Of a stretch of DNA of 64,000 nucleotides, positions 11,379 through 27,800 are shown piece by piece. Source of the stretch: Macrostomum lignano (taxonomy: Eukaryota); the NCBI GenBank assembly GCA_002269645.1, contig NIVC01003171.1, positions 51,103 to 115,102 of the forward strand, given 5' to 3'. Every line of letters begins with the position of its first letter. The stretch's first letter is position 1. The notes beneath the pieces were generated by a model. The model was not told the DNA's origin. It was given only the letters and a program-made list of their open reading frames with translations, and searched no databases. The position numbers were made by a program, and so were the translations under genes.

Positions 11379-12014
11379 AGCTGAAAGCGGGAAGGAGTGA
11401 GCTGAGTCACAAAAGAATGAGGAAAGAAGAGAAGAGAGAGAAGGACCGCTAGCGACCGGACAACCCCCCCCCGGCCTTCCAGCCCATCGGCACGGTCAAA
11501 CACCTTAGGCATTTGGGGGTATGTTTAAGCAGTACCACGGCCTGCAGGCTGGCAAGCCAGACCCGCATACCAAGTTCGGCAAAAGCCACTGGATGGGTCC
11601 CAGCGCCGGAGCCCAGTCTGTCCAGCAGCCTAGGGTCTGCCTTGAACACACGCGGGGACGAGTACCCCTGGTCGACTTGCGAGACAGCGTGGGGGAGTCT
11701 GCGGCTGCCAGAGGCAAATACCGTAGAGGGTGCAGACCTCCCACCAGCCTTGACCTGCTGAAGATAGGGGCAGGCGTGAAGCATCGTAGATCTTAGCCCA
11801 TAGGCCTGGTCTGTCTCATACTTCACTGGCGTGCTGAATACACCTTTGCATGCTTTTTAGCTTTTTGTTACTACATTATTTTTCGATACTTTTGTACACA
11901 TATGAGCTAGTGCCCTTATTTTTAAAACTACCAGGTAGCTATCCCAGTACAATACTTTTATATACAATGCTCTTATGTCTAGAATTCTAGAGTACAAAAT
12001 CTTCACTGCGATTC

Positions 12015-12315
12015 CACCTCGAGGCCAAGTTCCTTTCAAAACTGGCCTCCGCTGATGGCCAAATTCTTTCAAAACTGGCCTCCGCTGATGGCCAAATTCC
12101 TTTCAAAACTGGCCTCCGCTGAAGGCCAAATTCCTTTACTAACTGGCCCAACTGAGGCCAAGTTCCTTTACTAACTGGCCCCAACTGGAGGCCAAGTTCC
12201 TTTACTAACTGGCCCCAACTCGAGGCCAAGTTCCTTTGCAAACTGGCCCCAACTCGAGGCCAAGTTCCTTTGCAAACTGGCCCAACTCGAGGCCAAGTTC
12301 TTTCCTCAGCTGGCC
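12015..12315. repeat. ~33-bp tandem array (GGCCAAGTTCCTTT..AACTGGCCCCAACTCGA)
   Basis: About 9 diverged direct copies. Confidence 0.9.
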
Positions 12316-12337
12316 TTCGCTCGCTAAATCTCTCTCC

Positions 12338-12739
12338 CAGTAGCGTAGCTAGGGGGGTTAGACGGGGGTAATATCCCCCATTTTGATGATTTATAGAAAC
12401 GAAAGTGAGGTTTTTTTTAAAAATGCAAAATAAGCGGCTCAGACTTAGCAAAATTGCCAAAACGGGCCTATTTCACTCGTAAATTGCTACGCTCGTAATA
12501 AAATGTTTTAAACGATATTTCCGCAAATCCCTAGTTACTAAACTGCCCTAGTCAGGACAGACGTCTGCCGGCTTTATTCTGATTTTAACAAAAGTAAAGT
12601 TTTTTTAGCCTAAAAAACATAATTTTGATACTTTTTAAATGCATTTTTTTCAGGAAAAAATGAAAAAAACTATTTTATCAGTCAATTGTTTTGTCCCTAA
12701 AAGTTATCCCCCCTTTTCAAAATCCTAGCTACGCCACTG
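12338..12739. mobile_element. Non-autonomous hAT-type TIR element (MITE), ~400 bp
   Basis: 16-bp TIRs CAGTAGCGTAGCTAGG (12338) / CCTAGCTACGCCACTG (12724-12739), 1 mismatch. TCTCTCC lies on both flanks but is offset by 2 nt on the right, so the TSD is imperfect. Confidence 0.75.
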
Positions 12740-14152
12740 CGTCTCTCCCCATGCACGCGTCCCCCGCACGTCCCGCATTTGTTCCAGGCAGCCCTATAGG
12801 GATGCTGGACTGATTCAGCTCGCGGCGGCAACATCCTCGCCGTGACCTTGCATGGTTTGTCTTGGTCGTGTTGTGGGTACATGTGCAACATGCCGGTTTT
12901 ACCCAGAAGTGCACCTGTGCGTATCAGGTACCTCTGGCCACAGGCTATAAGGAACAGGTTTTTACCCTCTGACCTCTGACTGGGTAGTGGCCAGTCCGCA
13001 GGCTTTAATCCTTGTATCTCCAAGGGGCCCAATGCGGTAGCACGCGCAGTACGTGGCTCTTAGCCGAGGAGCTTCTCAGCTGCTTTGGTGGGGCCGTTAA
13101 GGGCTAAGGTCACCCCGGTCGCTATCTTTTGGCTAGCTCTTGAGGCCTGGACGAAGGAAAAAGGTAAGACCCCGAATTATTCCTTGCACTGTTTTTTGCT
13201 GTTTTCAGGACCCTCTCGATTCCCAGCTAGAGCTGGAATACTCGTACCCGCGACCTAAACTTAGCACAGGCGGACCTCTCTGACAGAAACATCTGTGGCC
13301 ATTCAGTCCAATCATTGTATAGTGGAAGATACACGAATTCAAACGGCTGCAAAAAACCGTAAATGTTCATTCAAAGTAGCAGCGTAAATATTTTAAAAGT
13401 TTGCTTAGCGCTTCAAATTTTCGTTTAATTTAGTGCGAGTACCCGTTCACACATGTATCGGTCTCGCTAGCGCGGAAACAGCTATTATACTGTAACTGTA
13501 TGAACCAAAGGTAGCGTAAATGAATTTGAAAAGCAAGTCTAGGAAGGAACTGACAAAAACAGCTGAAGTAAAAAATTACAGAAGAGGGTTCAAAGCTGCA
13601 ACGATACTCAGCATATCAGATAATAAACTAGCTAGCAGTATTTTCCTTCTTTCAATCTGAAAATAATCGAAAACCATACAGCCTTTTGTTGGATTAAGGA
13701 AAATTGTAAATAGTACTTGAGCTCCATGATAATCCCCAAGCCCCTAGCCTTGTAAAGGGGGAGTCAATTTACTCCCAAAATGGAAGCGCCAGAAAAATCG
13801 GGGTTTAAAACCCCCCGGCCCGGCACTCAGCGGAGAGGGGAGGCGCGGAGGAGAGGAGGGCGCAGGGGTGTGGAATCATAAAAATCCGGCCCACTTCATC
13901 GCTTTTCATTCTGGAGCCTTGAGTAGGCATAAAATGCACATTTATCCCATGTTATACCATTGGAGTCTAGTGAGACATAGAGAGATGGGATTTTCCATGG
14001 TTCTACACTCATTGCCGGTCCAATAAGGATCCGATAGCGAAAGTGCCCCTCTGGTACATTGCTTCCATTTCGGGACTAAGTTGACATTCCCTATTGGCAA
14101 AATCATAACAAATCTGATGCTGAGCCTTCACCCTCACCAGTGAATTCTGCTG

Positions 14153-15909
14153 TCAGGTTTGGCAGCTCGGCATGGCTTTCACTTCAACGCCGGTCCCCGT
14201 GTCGCAGTTTGTCGGATTTTTTACTTCGTCGATGCGCGCCTTCCCACGTCGTCGCAACCAGGCCAGGATGAAGTCGTGCAGCAGCTCGATCAGCTCGCAC
14301 ATAGTCAGGAGGGACATGCCGAGGTACATGCCCATGATGCCGCCAACGTCGCCAAAGAAGCTGTCTATCGAATACGCGTAGGAGAAGGAAATCCGATTGG
14401 CGGTGCTTTTCTGGCTGGTGACGCGCAACTTCAGCCAGTTCTCGCGCACGTATCTCTGCACATCTGCAGCAACATCCGTGCTGGCATTGGCGGCAGTAAG
14501 CAAGGAGTTGGCGAATTCCAACGCTAAAAGTTGCTCGCCAAGAGGCGCATTCTTCAGTCGCAGTTTCACCAACGCAAGCACCATGCTGGTGTCACCACCT
14601 GGGGGCCAGGGAACGCTCGATGCGGTGGTGACCTGATAGCGGCGCTGCACGCACAGCATTTGGTGTTCGCACTTGGCGCTGTCGCTTGAAGGTGCTTTGC
14701 TGCCCGTCTCCAGGGTGCCGCTGGTTGCATTCGGCAGGAGGATCTGCGTGTTGAAGAAACCGTCGCTCTCAGAGAGATTCCAGATGGATTTCTTGCTGCT
14801 GCCGGGCCACGGCTGCGGCATGTAGCCCAAGCTGCCGTTGATGGCTTGTTCGAGATCCTCCATCTGTGACGCATAATAGCAGTACTCCTCCTGCTGTACT
14901 TAAACCTGTAGGCGGAATTGTTGTACGGATTCAAGAAGTACACGTCACTGTGGCTGGGCAGGCACTTTTTATTTCCAAACTGGTCAATATCGTAAGCCTC
15001 CTCCTGCATGCTGAGCTGAAGTGTGTGAAATTTACCCCCTTCAAGCAGCTGATTTGTGTCGAACGGATTTGGATAACGCCCAGGCGATACGATGTAAAGC
15101 CGAACCTCCGGCTGGTTCTTGGAGGTGAACCAGACCTCTGGGGCGAGCATCCACCTGGGCGGTCGCAACTGCTTGCCATAGAAATCCGTCAGGCTCGGCA
15201 AGCTGGCATTCTGCGCCGGCTTCGGCATTCTATCGTCTGGGGTGTCCATCATCAGAGTGATGAAGACGCCATTGAAGGGACCGGCAGTTTTCAGCAGACC
15301 ACGCTGTGTGTCTGTCAGACGCAGCCGGAAGCAGCGCAGGTGATACGGATGAAAGAACTCTTCGAGTTGGAGGTCCATCACAGTGGTCTTCAGTCCTGAG
15401 CCAACAGCCATCTTCGCCTCCATCACAGTCTGGGCCATGGTGCGTCCCAGCTTGTCGATGGCCAGGTCAAAGGGCAGACAGTTCGTGTAGAGGAACTGCG
15501 CCAGCAGCGGCAGCGCCGAGCACGCGAGTGGCTTTCCGGTAGAGTTTGCGGGACACCAGCGCTCAAGTACTGCGGTCACGTCAGCGAACCTGGCCTTCAC
15601 CTCTGCCGCCACCTGGGCTCCGGCTGCCAGGTAGCGACTGCCGGAAAACGGACTATCAAAGCAAAAGTACAAATCGGGGAACTCGAATTCAAGGCTGTCG
15701 GCCTCGTAGCTGCTGGACACAGAGACGTGGCGCAGCTGGTTGATGAAAGTGGCGCAGTTCCTGGCAAACAGGACAGCCATGGCGAGGAACAGCAGCAGCC
15801 AGAAGATCCTAACGGCCAGGGATCGGTCGCTGACGGTTCTGGCCAAGCCGTGGGCGGAGGTGCTGGCGATGCAGCGGCTGACGATCTGGCCAGAGGTGAC
15901 GGCTGACAT
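14153..15909 (-). CDS. Intronless DEG/ENaC (amiloride-sensitive channel family) subunit, ~585 aa after correcting a 1-nt deletion
   Basis: N-terminal TSAHGL (HG motif), TM1 RIFWLLLFLAMAVLF, FPDLYFC, and TM2 FFGDVGGIMGMYLGMSLLTMCELIE. The two ORFs join by adding one C at ~14895 (YS-QEEYC). Confidence 0.9.
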
Positions 15910-16309
15910 TCTTGCTGAACTGTACTTTCCGCTGCAAGCTGGCGTGCGTTCAAACGTTAGCGATCAATGTTTCTCTTGAACCCAGTCAGGGATCGGCTGA
16001 AATTCAGGGACCGGGTCAGACTAGTAAGTGGCGATTTTTATGAGCGCTCGAGGGCACCGACTGTTCAAATAGAGCTTCACCCAATCCAAACACGAAGTAG
16101 CAAAGGGCACAAGAGGAGTTCAGATCTTCAATAAACTATACGAGCTCTCGTGGCCAGGAACTTATGGCCCGTGTTGACACCAAAGTCATGCATTAATCAA
16201 ACTGACAGGTAAAAAGCCATTGTTGCAGGTCTATCAACATTAACTGTTGTTAAATTGTAAATTGTAAATTGAAACTCAACAAAATAGAAGTGAGATCTCA
16301 CCAAAATAG

Positions 16310-16862
16310 GAATGGGATCTGGTCACTGCAGAAATGGGATCTGGTCACTGCAGAAATGGGATCTGGTCACTACAGAAATGGGATCTGGTCACTGCAGGAA
16401 TGGGATCTGGTCACTGCAGAAATGGGATCTGGTCACTGCAGGAATGGGATCTGGTCACTACAGGAATGGGATCTGGTCACTGCAGGAATGGGATCTGGTC
16501 ACTGCAGGAATGGGATCTGGTCACTGCAGGAATGGGATCTGGTCACTGCAGAAATGGGATCTGGTCACTGCAGGAATGGGATCTGGTCACTGCAGGAATG
16601 GGATCTGGTCACTGCAGGAATGGGATCTGGTCACTGCAGAAATGGGATCTGGTCACTGCAGGAATGGGATCTGGTCACTGCAGGAATGGGATCTGGTCAC
16701 TGCAGGAATGGGATCTGGTCACTACAGGAATGGGATCTGGTCACTGCAGAAATGGGATCTGGTCACTGCAGGAATGGGATCTGGTCACTGCAGGAATGGG
16801 ATCTGGTCACTACAGGAATGGGATCTGGTCACTACAGGAATGAGATCTGGTCACTACAGGAA
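16310..16862. repeat. 22-bp minisatellite (~25 copies)
   Basis: Unit GCAGGAATGGGATCTGGTCACT. Confidence 0.97.
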
Positions 16863-17319
16863 TGGGGCACCCCAAAAACGGCTGAGACGGAGATCAACTG
16901 CCCTGGAGCCGAAGAAAGTTTTGAGTCGCATTGGATCGCAGACCCAGCTAGCGGACTGACTGTTCGCACAGTTAAGCCGAGCCATTCCTGTCGATTATTC
17001 GCTCAGCACTCGGCGCCAAAAGTATCTGAATATTTTTATCTCGCAGAATGATAAGTCAGGCAGGCAGGCAGGCCGCTCCACACACGGCCACTCAGGTGTT
17101 TTGAATAAAAAGCTGCTCCGTTGCTAGGATACGCTGTTATCAGCTGCATTCCAGCTTGTACAGTGCCTCTGGTGGTCACAATGCATGGCGAACTCAACAT
17201 TTAATCCTCCGAACTTTCGAGCTTGTAACGGAGAGGCTTTTTCACCCGAGCGCGGATTCAAGTCGGAGTCAGTTGCAAACTTTATTCGCCATTTAGAATT
17301 GAGTCATCGGTGAGTCATC

Positions 17320-21274
<3,955 letters not shown>

Positions 21275-21649
21275 AGCAGAAACGGCGAAAAGGCGGGTTT
21301 CTGCTTTCCAAGGCACCAAACGACAGCACAATTATCGATTCTATTTACTAATGTACAAATAATCTTGTTGAAAAAAAGAACTTGAACGAATTTGAGTTGT
21401 AATATCAAGTGCTACAACAAGTACGCTACTGTACTATTGTATCGCAAATAAAATCGATTAACACCTTCTAAACAATACAAAAACGCGCCATCAGAACCAG
21501 AGTCACTGCTAAAGGCAGGTTCAAAATATTCAATAGAAATAAATTCCTTTTTGGCAGAGTGCGCAAAAGGTTGCGCTCAAAATATTCATATAAGATTTTT
21601 GCAGCATAAAGAGTCATTAAAGAACAAGCCATCTACGAGCAACTTCTGT

Positions 21650-21885
21650 CACTCAGTCCTTCATCCAGTGGATTCCCAGCCTCCAAATTCCCCATCAGTT
21701 AGTCTTTCGTCCAGTGGATTCCCAGCCTCCGAATTCCCCACCAGTCAGTCTTTCATCCAGTGGATTTCCAGCCTCTCCACCAGTCAGTCTTTCATCCAGT
21801 GGATTCCCAGTCTCTCCATCAGTCAGTCCTTCATCCAGTGGATTCCCAGCCTCCCCACCACTCAGTCCTTCATCCAGTGGATTTT
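21650..21885. repeat. ~39-bp tandem repeat at the 3' end of the IQCM-like gene
   Basis: CAGTCAGTCCTTCATCCAGTGGATTCCCAGCCTCCCCAC-like units. Confidence 0.85.
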
Positions 21886-24800
21886 GATCCTCACAGGCGC
21901 CGCCACTGCCGCAGTCTCGGCGCTGGGGGCGGCCGATACTCGCCGCTGCCTAGACAAAGCGGGTTCCTTTGATCTCGCCGCCCTGGCCCTGCCGCTGGAG
22001 GCGGCGACTCTCAGCCGGTCCTGGCGGAGCTGCTCGAGCCGGTCCAGCTGGCGCAGGTTGCGCCTCAGGTCCACCTGCTTCTCGATGGGCAGGCGGTCCA
22101 GCCGCGCCGTGGTCACTAGGCGGATGCACTGCGTCAGCGGGGTCGGCGCCACCTCCTCGGCCGTCACGTACTTCGCCGCGTCCTCACCGCCGATGATGGG
22201 GTGCATCCAGGTGGACCGGCGGTCGCCGCTGAGGCCCGTGCCCGCCGGCTTGAAGATGTGGAAGAAGATTTCCACAGCATCCGACTTGCTCAGCGTGGCG
22301 GCACCGCTGACTCCCCGGCCCCTCCTGCTGTGGAAGGCCTCCAGGGTGTCCGACACCTCCCGGTGCGCCGGGAAGAAGCCGCAAACGTTGAACAACTTCA
22401 TGAGGTCGCGCTCGCCCAGGCTGCCCTCGAAAGCCGTCGCATCGAATCCGATCTCGAGGCCTGCGAGCGACGATTGAGCACGGCTGAGCACAAGTTCCAC
22501 ATCCCAGTCACCCACATCCCAGTCACCCACATCCCATTCACTCTCATCCCCAGTCACCCACATCCCAGTCACCCTCATCGCCAGTCACCCACATCGCCAG
22601 TCACCCGGCCACGACCCCAACTCACGCCGCTTGTCCTCCATAAACTGGTCGAGCTGGTCCATGTCGAATCGAACCTCGGGCCGCTTCGTGGCGCCCGTGG
22701 CGGCCCGCACGATGCGGCGGATCAGTGCGCAGTAGTAGGCGAGGAACTCGCGCAGGCCGGGGAAGCCGTGCAGCCGGGCTTTGGCGGTCAGCCGGCGGAG
22801 GAACCGGCGGACCAGGTGGCCGCGCACCGTCTTCTGGATGATGACGGCCGCGATGTGCCTCTGGCGCTGCGTTGGACCGCGCTTGGGCGGATGGAAGCTC
22901 CTGAGAGGGTGTCACGGGGTCTTAAACAATAATGGATAGCTGCTGGGTCACTAGCTGAGATTAAATGGATAAAAGTTGAAAAATCAGGTGGCTTTGAAAA
23001 GTGCAGGTTTTAATAGGCCGGGATCAGCTTTAAAAACATCAGGATCAAATACGAGTCTCGCTAGCGATCAACCACAAAAATCGCCAAATATCTGCACTGA
23101 GAATCGCCAATCGTCTATAAAGACGCCAGAAATTTTCCTAAGAAAGCGATGCAAGCCGGACACTCACTGATAAACTTCCACGTGCGGCCCAATGACCTCC
23201 AGCTTGGACTCCAGCTTTGCCGCGTGCTCAGACGTTCTGAAACGGTTGAATAAGTTGTTGCCAGCTTGGTTTCGGGTCTCGGATCATGACTCCTACATGC
23301 ATGTAGGTATAGGAGAATGATTGAATTTCGAGTAGGGGCAGAGTAGGAGCAGGAGTAGGAGCAGAGCAGAGCAGAGCAGAGCAGAGCAGAGCAGAGCAGA
23401 GCAGAGCAGAGCAGAGCAGGAGCAGAGCAGGAGCAGGAGCAGAGCAGAGCAGGAGCAGGACAGGAGCAGAGCAGGAGCAGAGCAGGAGCAGGAGCAGAGC
23501 AGAGCAGGAGCAGGACAGGAGCAGAGCAGGAGCAGAGCAGGAGCAGAGCAGGAGCAGAGCAGGAGCAGAGCAGGAGCAGAGCAGAGCAGGAGCAGAGCAG
23601 AGCAGGAGCAGAGCAGGAGCAGAGCAGGAGCAGAGCAGAGCAGGAGCAGAGCAGGAGCAGGACAGGAGCAGAGCAGGAGCAGAGCAGGAGCAGAGCAGGA
23701 GCAGAGCAGAGCAGGAGCAGAGCAGGAGCAGGAGCAGAGCAGGAGCAGAGCAGGAGCAGAGCAGGTGCAGAGCAGGAGCAGAGCAGAGCAGAGGAGGGGA
23801 AAGCCAAGAGAACAGGGCAGAGCAGACAAGGCCCACCAGCAGCACACGCGGCTCACTCTGTCTTCTTCTCCTCCAGCTTGGCCCGCCTCGCAGCCGCCTC
23901 AGTGCGCAGCCGCCTGTCGCAGCCGTCAGTCCAATCAGTCTTGGCTGACGCAGGCCTCGACTGGATACGCTTCTTGCGCTGAAGGTGCCGGCGAAATTCG
24001 CTGCCTCGGGAGGGGGTTTCGAATGTACGATAGAATGTCCCACTGTACCCAACCAGTTTACATTTAAATGTCACAATGAAGAAATGTACCCCAGACTCCG
24101 CGGTACATCGAATCGATAAAAGTTCCTTTGACTATTCAAGATGAAAACCGGTGCTGTAGGAACAAATTTCAAGATTATGGAACTGAATTTAGAGTCGTTC
24201 AGTGGTTTTAAGAGATGTTTGCATTAGTTCGCACAATGGAATCTTCAATTCATTTTTGAACTTTAATTATCTGTAGCAAAGTTAACTTTAAATAAAGCAA
24301 CTCTGTCGAAACATGTTTGGTAAGTTAATTTAAATAGAAAACTGGTTTATTTCAAAAACAAACTTTGCTCAAGTCTTCACACATTGAAATAAGCAGTCTA
24401 TCGCACGCATTAAACAATGCTACAAACAGTCCGAAAAGTGTCGGGCGCTTTTAAGTCTCGTTCCAGATTGCGGCAGGGCTGCTTAACGGCGGTAGGAGCC
24501 CTTGCCGCGGGGGCCGGGACCGTAGTACTCGTATTCTGGCTCGTAGCCATAGCCGCCGTAGCCGTAGCCGCCGTAGCCGGGACCGTAGCCGGGACCATAG
24601 CCCGGACCGTAGCTGGGACCGTAGCCGGGACCGTAGCCTGGACCGTAGCCGGGACCGTAGCCGGGACCGTAGCCGGGGCCATAGTCACCGTAGCCATATT
24701 CGGGGCCATAGCCACCATAGCCGTAGTCGTAAGTGTCATAGACCTCCACAGTGTCATAGCCACCACCGTAGGCCACGGCGATCAGAGCGGCGAGGAAGAG

Positions 24801-27800
24801 CAGGCACTTCATACTGACGCTGATTTGAGATGTCGATCGGTTTGCCGAGTCAATGTAGAGGCTTCTTGATTGTAGCTTGAGTGACGTCTCAGGCTGGCTG
24901 AGACGCTTTGTATTTATAGGCGTTGGGCCAGTGGAATTTCAGCTTAATCTGCAACCCCCCAAATTCTCCACCCCAACAGAATTTCAGCAGAGCCGGTAGG
25001 GGGGGGGGGGTAGAAACTTACAGGCCAGATAATTAAAGTCAGTTTGCACGAGCCAATCAGCATCGAGATAAGGGGTAGGGTGGCAAGATAGGCCTCTCAG
25101 CCGCGCGCCCGACAGTCTAACCCCCCCCCCCCCAAGTCTAGTACCCACACCCCCTCTAAGATAATGACCCTCACGATCACACCACCAACCTTGCAATCAA
25201 AGCTGCCCCCACCAATTGCTATATACGGCATAAACTGATAAAGCTCTTACCTATTATAATTAAATTGTCTGATATTTTCAATGCCTAACTCTAGACCAAT
25301 GGCTCAGACAAATTAATTACGCCATCGCTTGTGCTACTGTCTGTGAGCCAATAACTTTATACTGACCGATATTTAGAATAGAGCAGCTACTAAATAATAA
25401 AAAATTAGCCAAGTCACACTGTGCACTCTTAAATTTCAGCCTCTTCTAAGTTTACTAATCTTATATAACTAAAATGAAACAAATTTTACGTTTTGGGCAG
25501 AAATTAAAAAGGGAGAAGTTTGATTGTTGAGCGAGATTCTTCGAGAAACCTTAATGAGAGTTTCTAGGAATCTTTGTTTCGAATCTAAGCTCGTCGTTAC
25601 ACGGAAAATCAAATAAACAGTTGGAACGATACCTATTTGTACTTAGCAAAATTGAAAACAGCCACCCTAAGACCCAGTGCGCCTGAGCGTGAGTTGGAAA
25701 TCTTGCGTCATTGTTTCAAGTAGTGAGCTGAATTCAATTGTTCTGCCAGTGCTCTGAGGTGGCGGGTTTCAATGTTGCTGAGTATAACTGCCAAGTTGAA
25801 CTATTATAAGTTAAAATATGACTCAAAATCCCATTCCATGAATACTTGGATATGAATGAAAATTGTGAGCAAAAGCTCTGATACTAGCAGTATATGCTAT
25901 CCCTGATGCTAAGAAGAACATAAAAGTCCCAAGAGCAAAGTGCGTAACACAACAAATTCACAACGAAACAATGAGAACTTGATAGTTGCAAGATTAGGCA
26001 AAGCAACTTTGCCTAAGTTAATTTAAGATCTCTTTAATTAATATAAGAGAGCTTAATGGATATTAGCTCTCTTTATACCTGTTGCGTACGAGCTAGTAAG
26101 CCTTATATCAATTAAAATATTCTACACTACAGTGTAGAGGCTTTGTCAGCCTCAGTCTGCTTAATAAGTCTACTTAGTGCAATTAGTTTGACTAATCAGT
26201 CTGCCTTAGCCTGCCTTAATAAGTCTACTTAGTGCAATAAGCCTGACTAATTAGTCCGCCTTTGCCAACTCACCGCTGAATCTTCAAGGCGGCCATTCGC
26301 TCTCGCAGAGCCTGCTCAATCACGGAGCTGTCAAACTTTCTGACGTGATCCGGGGCCAGGTAAAGATGCTTGAAAATCCTGCAATGGTAAAAATGAGTAG
26401 CATTTAAAGTTTGAACTCAAACTTGGTTAGATGGGCAATGGCGGAGACTGCAAGCCAGCAGCTTACTTGTGAATGTCAACCTCGTCCACAGCCCGCTGCC
26501 AGCGCTGCAGCTTCTCAGCCTCATCGGCCGGGTCGGGGACTTCGAAGTCCTCAGGAATCGGCCGACCCGTCTGGGCGGTCTTCGCCGAAGTGGCTGCTGA
26601 AAAACAGAGCGGTAAATGCGCCATTCATAGAAGCTGTTTTTCGAATACGGCGAGGCTGGGGGGGGGGCAACTCACAAGTCCTCCTTCCAGCAGATCTCCC
26701 TGCAGTCGAGCCACGGGCGCCGAAAGCCGATCTCGGAACCTTGCTGGACCGCGCGCTGTGCGCCGATGCGCATCTTGTTGGACATTCTAAAAAAGTGCCA
26801 AAAACGCATATTACTCTACTGTCTAGTAGAGAAGTAAAGAAAACCGTGCATCTATTTTAATCAACGGTGCAATGAAAGTGAATATGATACTCGTACTTTT
26901 TTTCAGATGAATTGATTCGTGCGCAAAAAGTACTGCTTGCAAATCAGAGAGAGTCCGCAATTTCACTTTCTAGGAAAAAGATGCCATAACCGGATGCTGA
27001 ATAGCAAATTACAAATGTCGTAAAAGCAAACTTCTTGTTGAGGAGGGATCTAAAAGTGAGTTACCTTCAATTTCCAATGCCCTACCAATGCAACTGGAAG
27101 CAGAAAGGCAGAACATGGGTCGAATTATTTTAGTAGTTTAATTTGGCACTTTTTAGTATTTTATCTGTCTGAAAAAGCATGAATAAATTAGTTTATTCCT
27201 AGCTCATACTACTCGCAGTAGACTTTTAGTGATATAAATGGCCTTTTGCGGTCTAAAACTGGGATAAAAATCAATAACTCAATAATTTTGTTTGACACTC
27301 GTGGCTGCTAGATGACTCAATCCAAAGCCAGGCTCCTTCTAGAGCTTCACCTGAGACAATTTTGTTGCCGGTCAGCTGGAAGCTGCAGGCCTCCGGGCTC
27401 GCCGCACCGCCGCCGCCGCCGCTGTAGGTCGACTCGAGCTGGTCGCCACGGCGCAGTCCGTGCACTGCAATGAACCTTGCTGTGACAAAACCAAGAAACA
27501 GCCCACACTGACACCCACACTGACACGCACACTGACATCCATACTGACACCCATGAACTGACATCCACACTGACACCCACACTGACACGCACACTGACAT
27601 CCATACTGACACCCATGAACTGACACCCACACAGACATCCTACACTGACACCCCACACTGACACCCACACTGACACCCATGAACTGACATCCACACTGAC
27701 ACCCACACTGACACGCACACTGACATCCATACTGACACCCATGAACTGACACCCACACAGACATCCTACACTGACACCCCACACTGACACCCACACTGAC

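Noticed and set aside
13730-13895. hAT-like fragment ending AATCCGGCCC
   Set aside because: Single degenerate end with no partner TIR or TSD.
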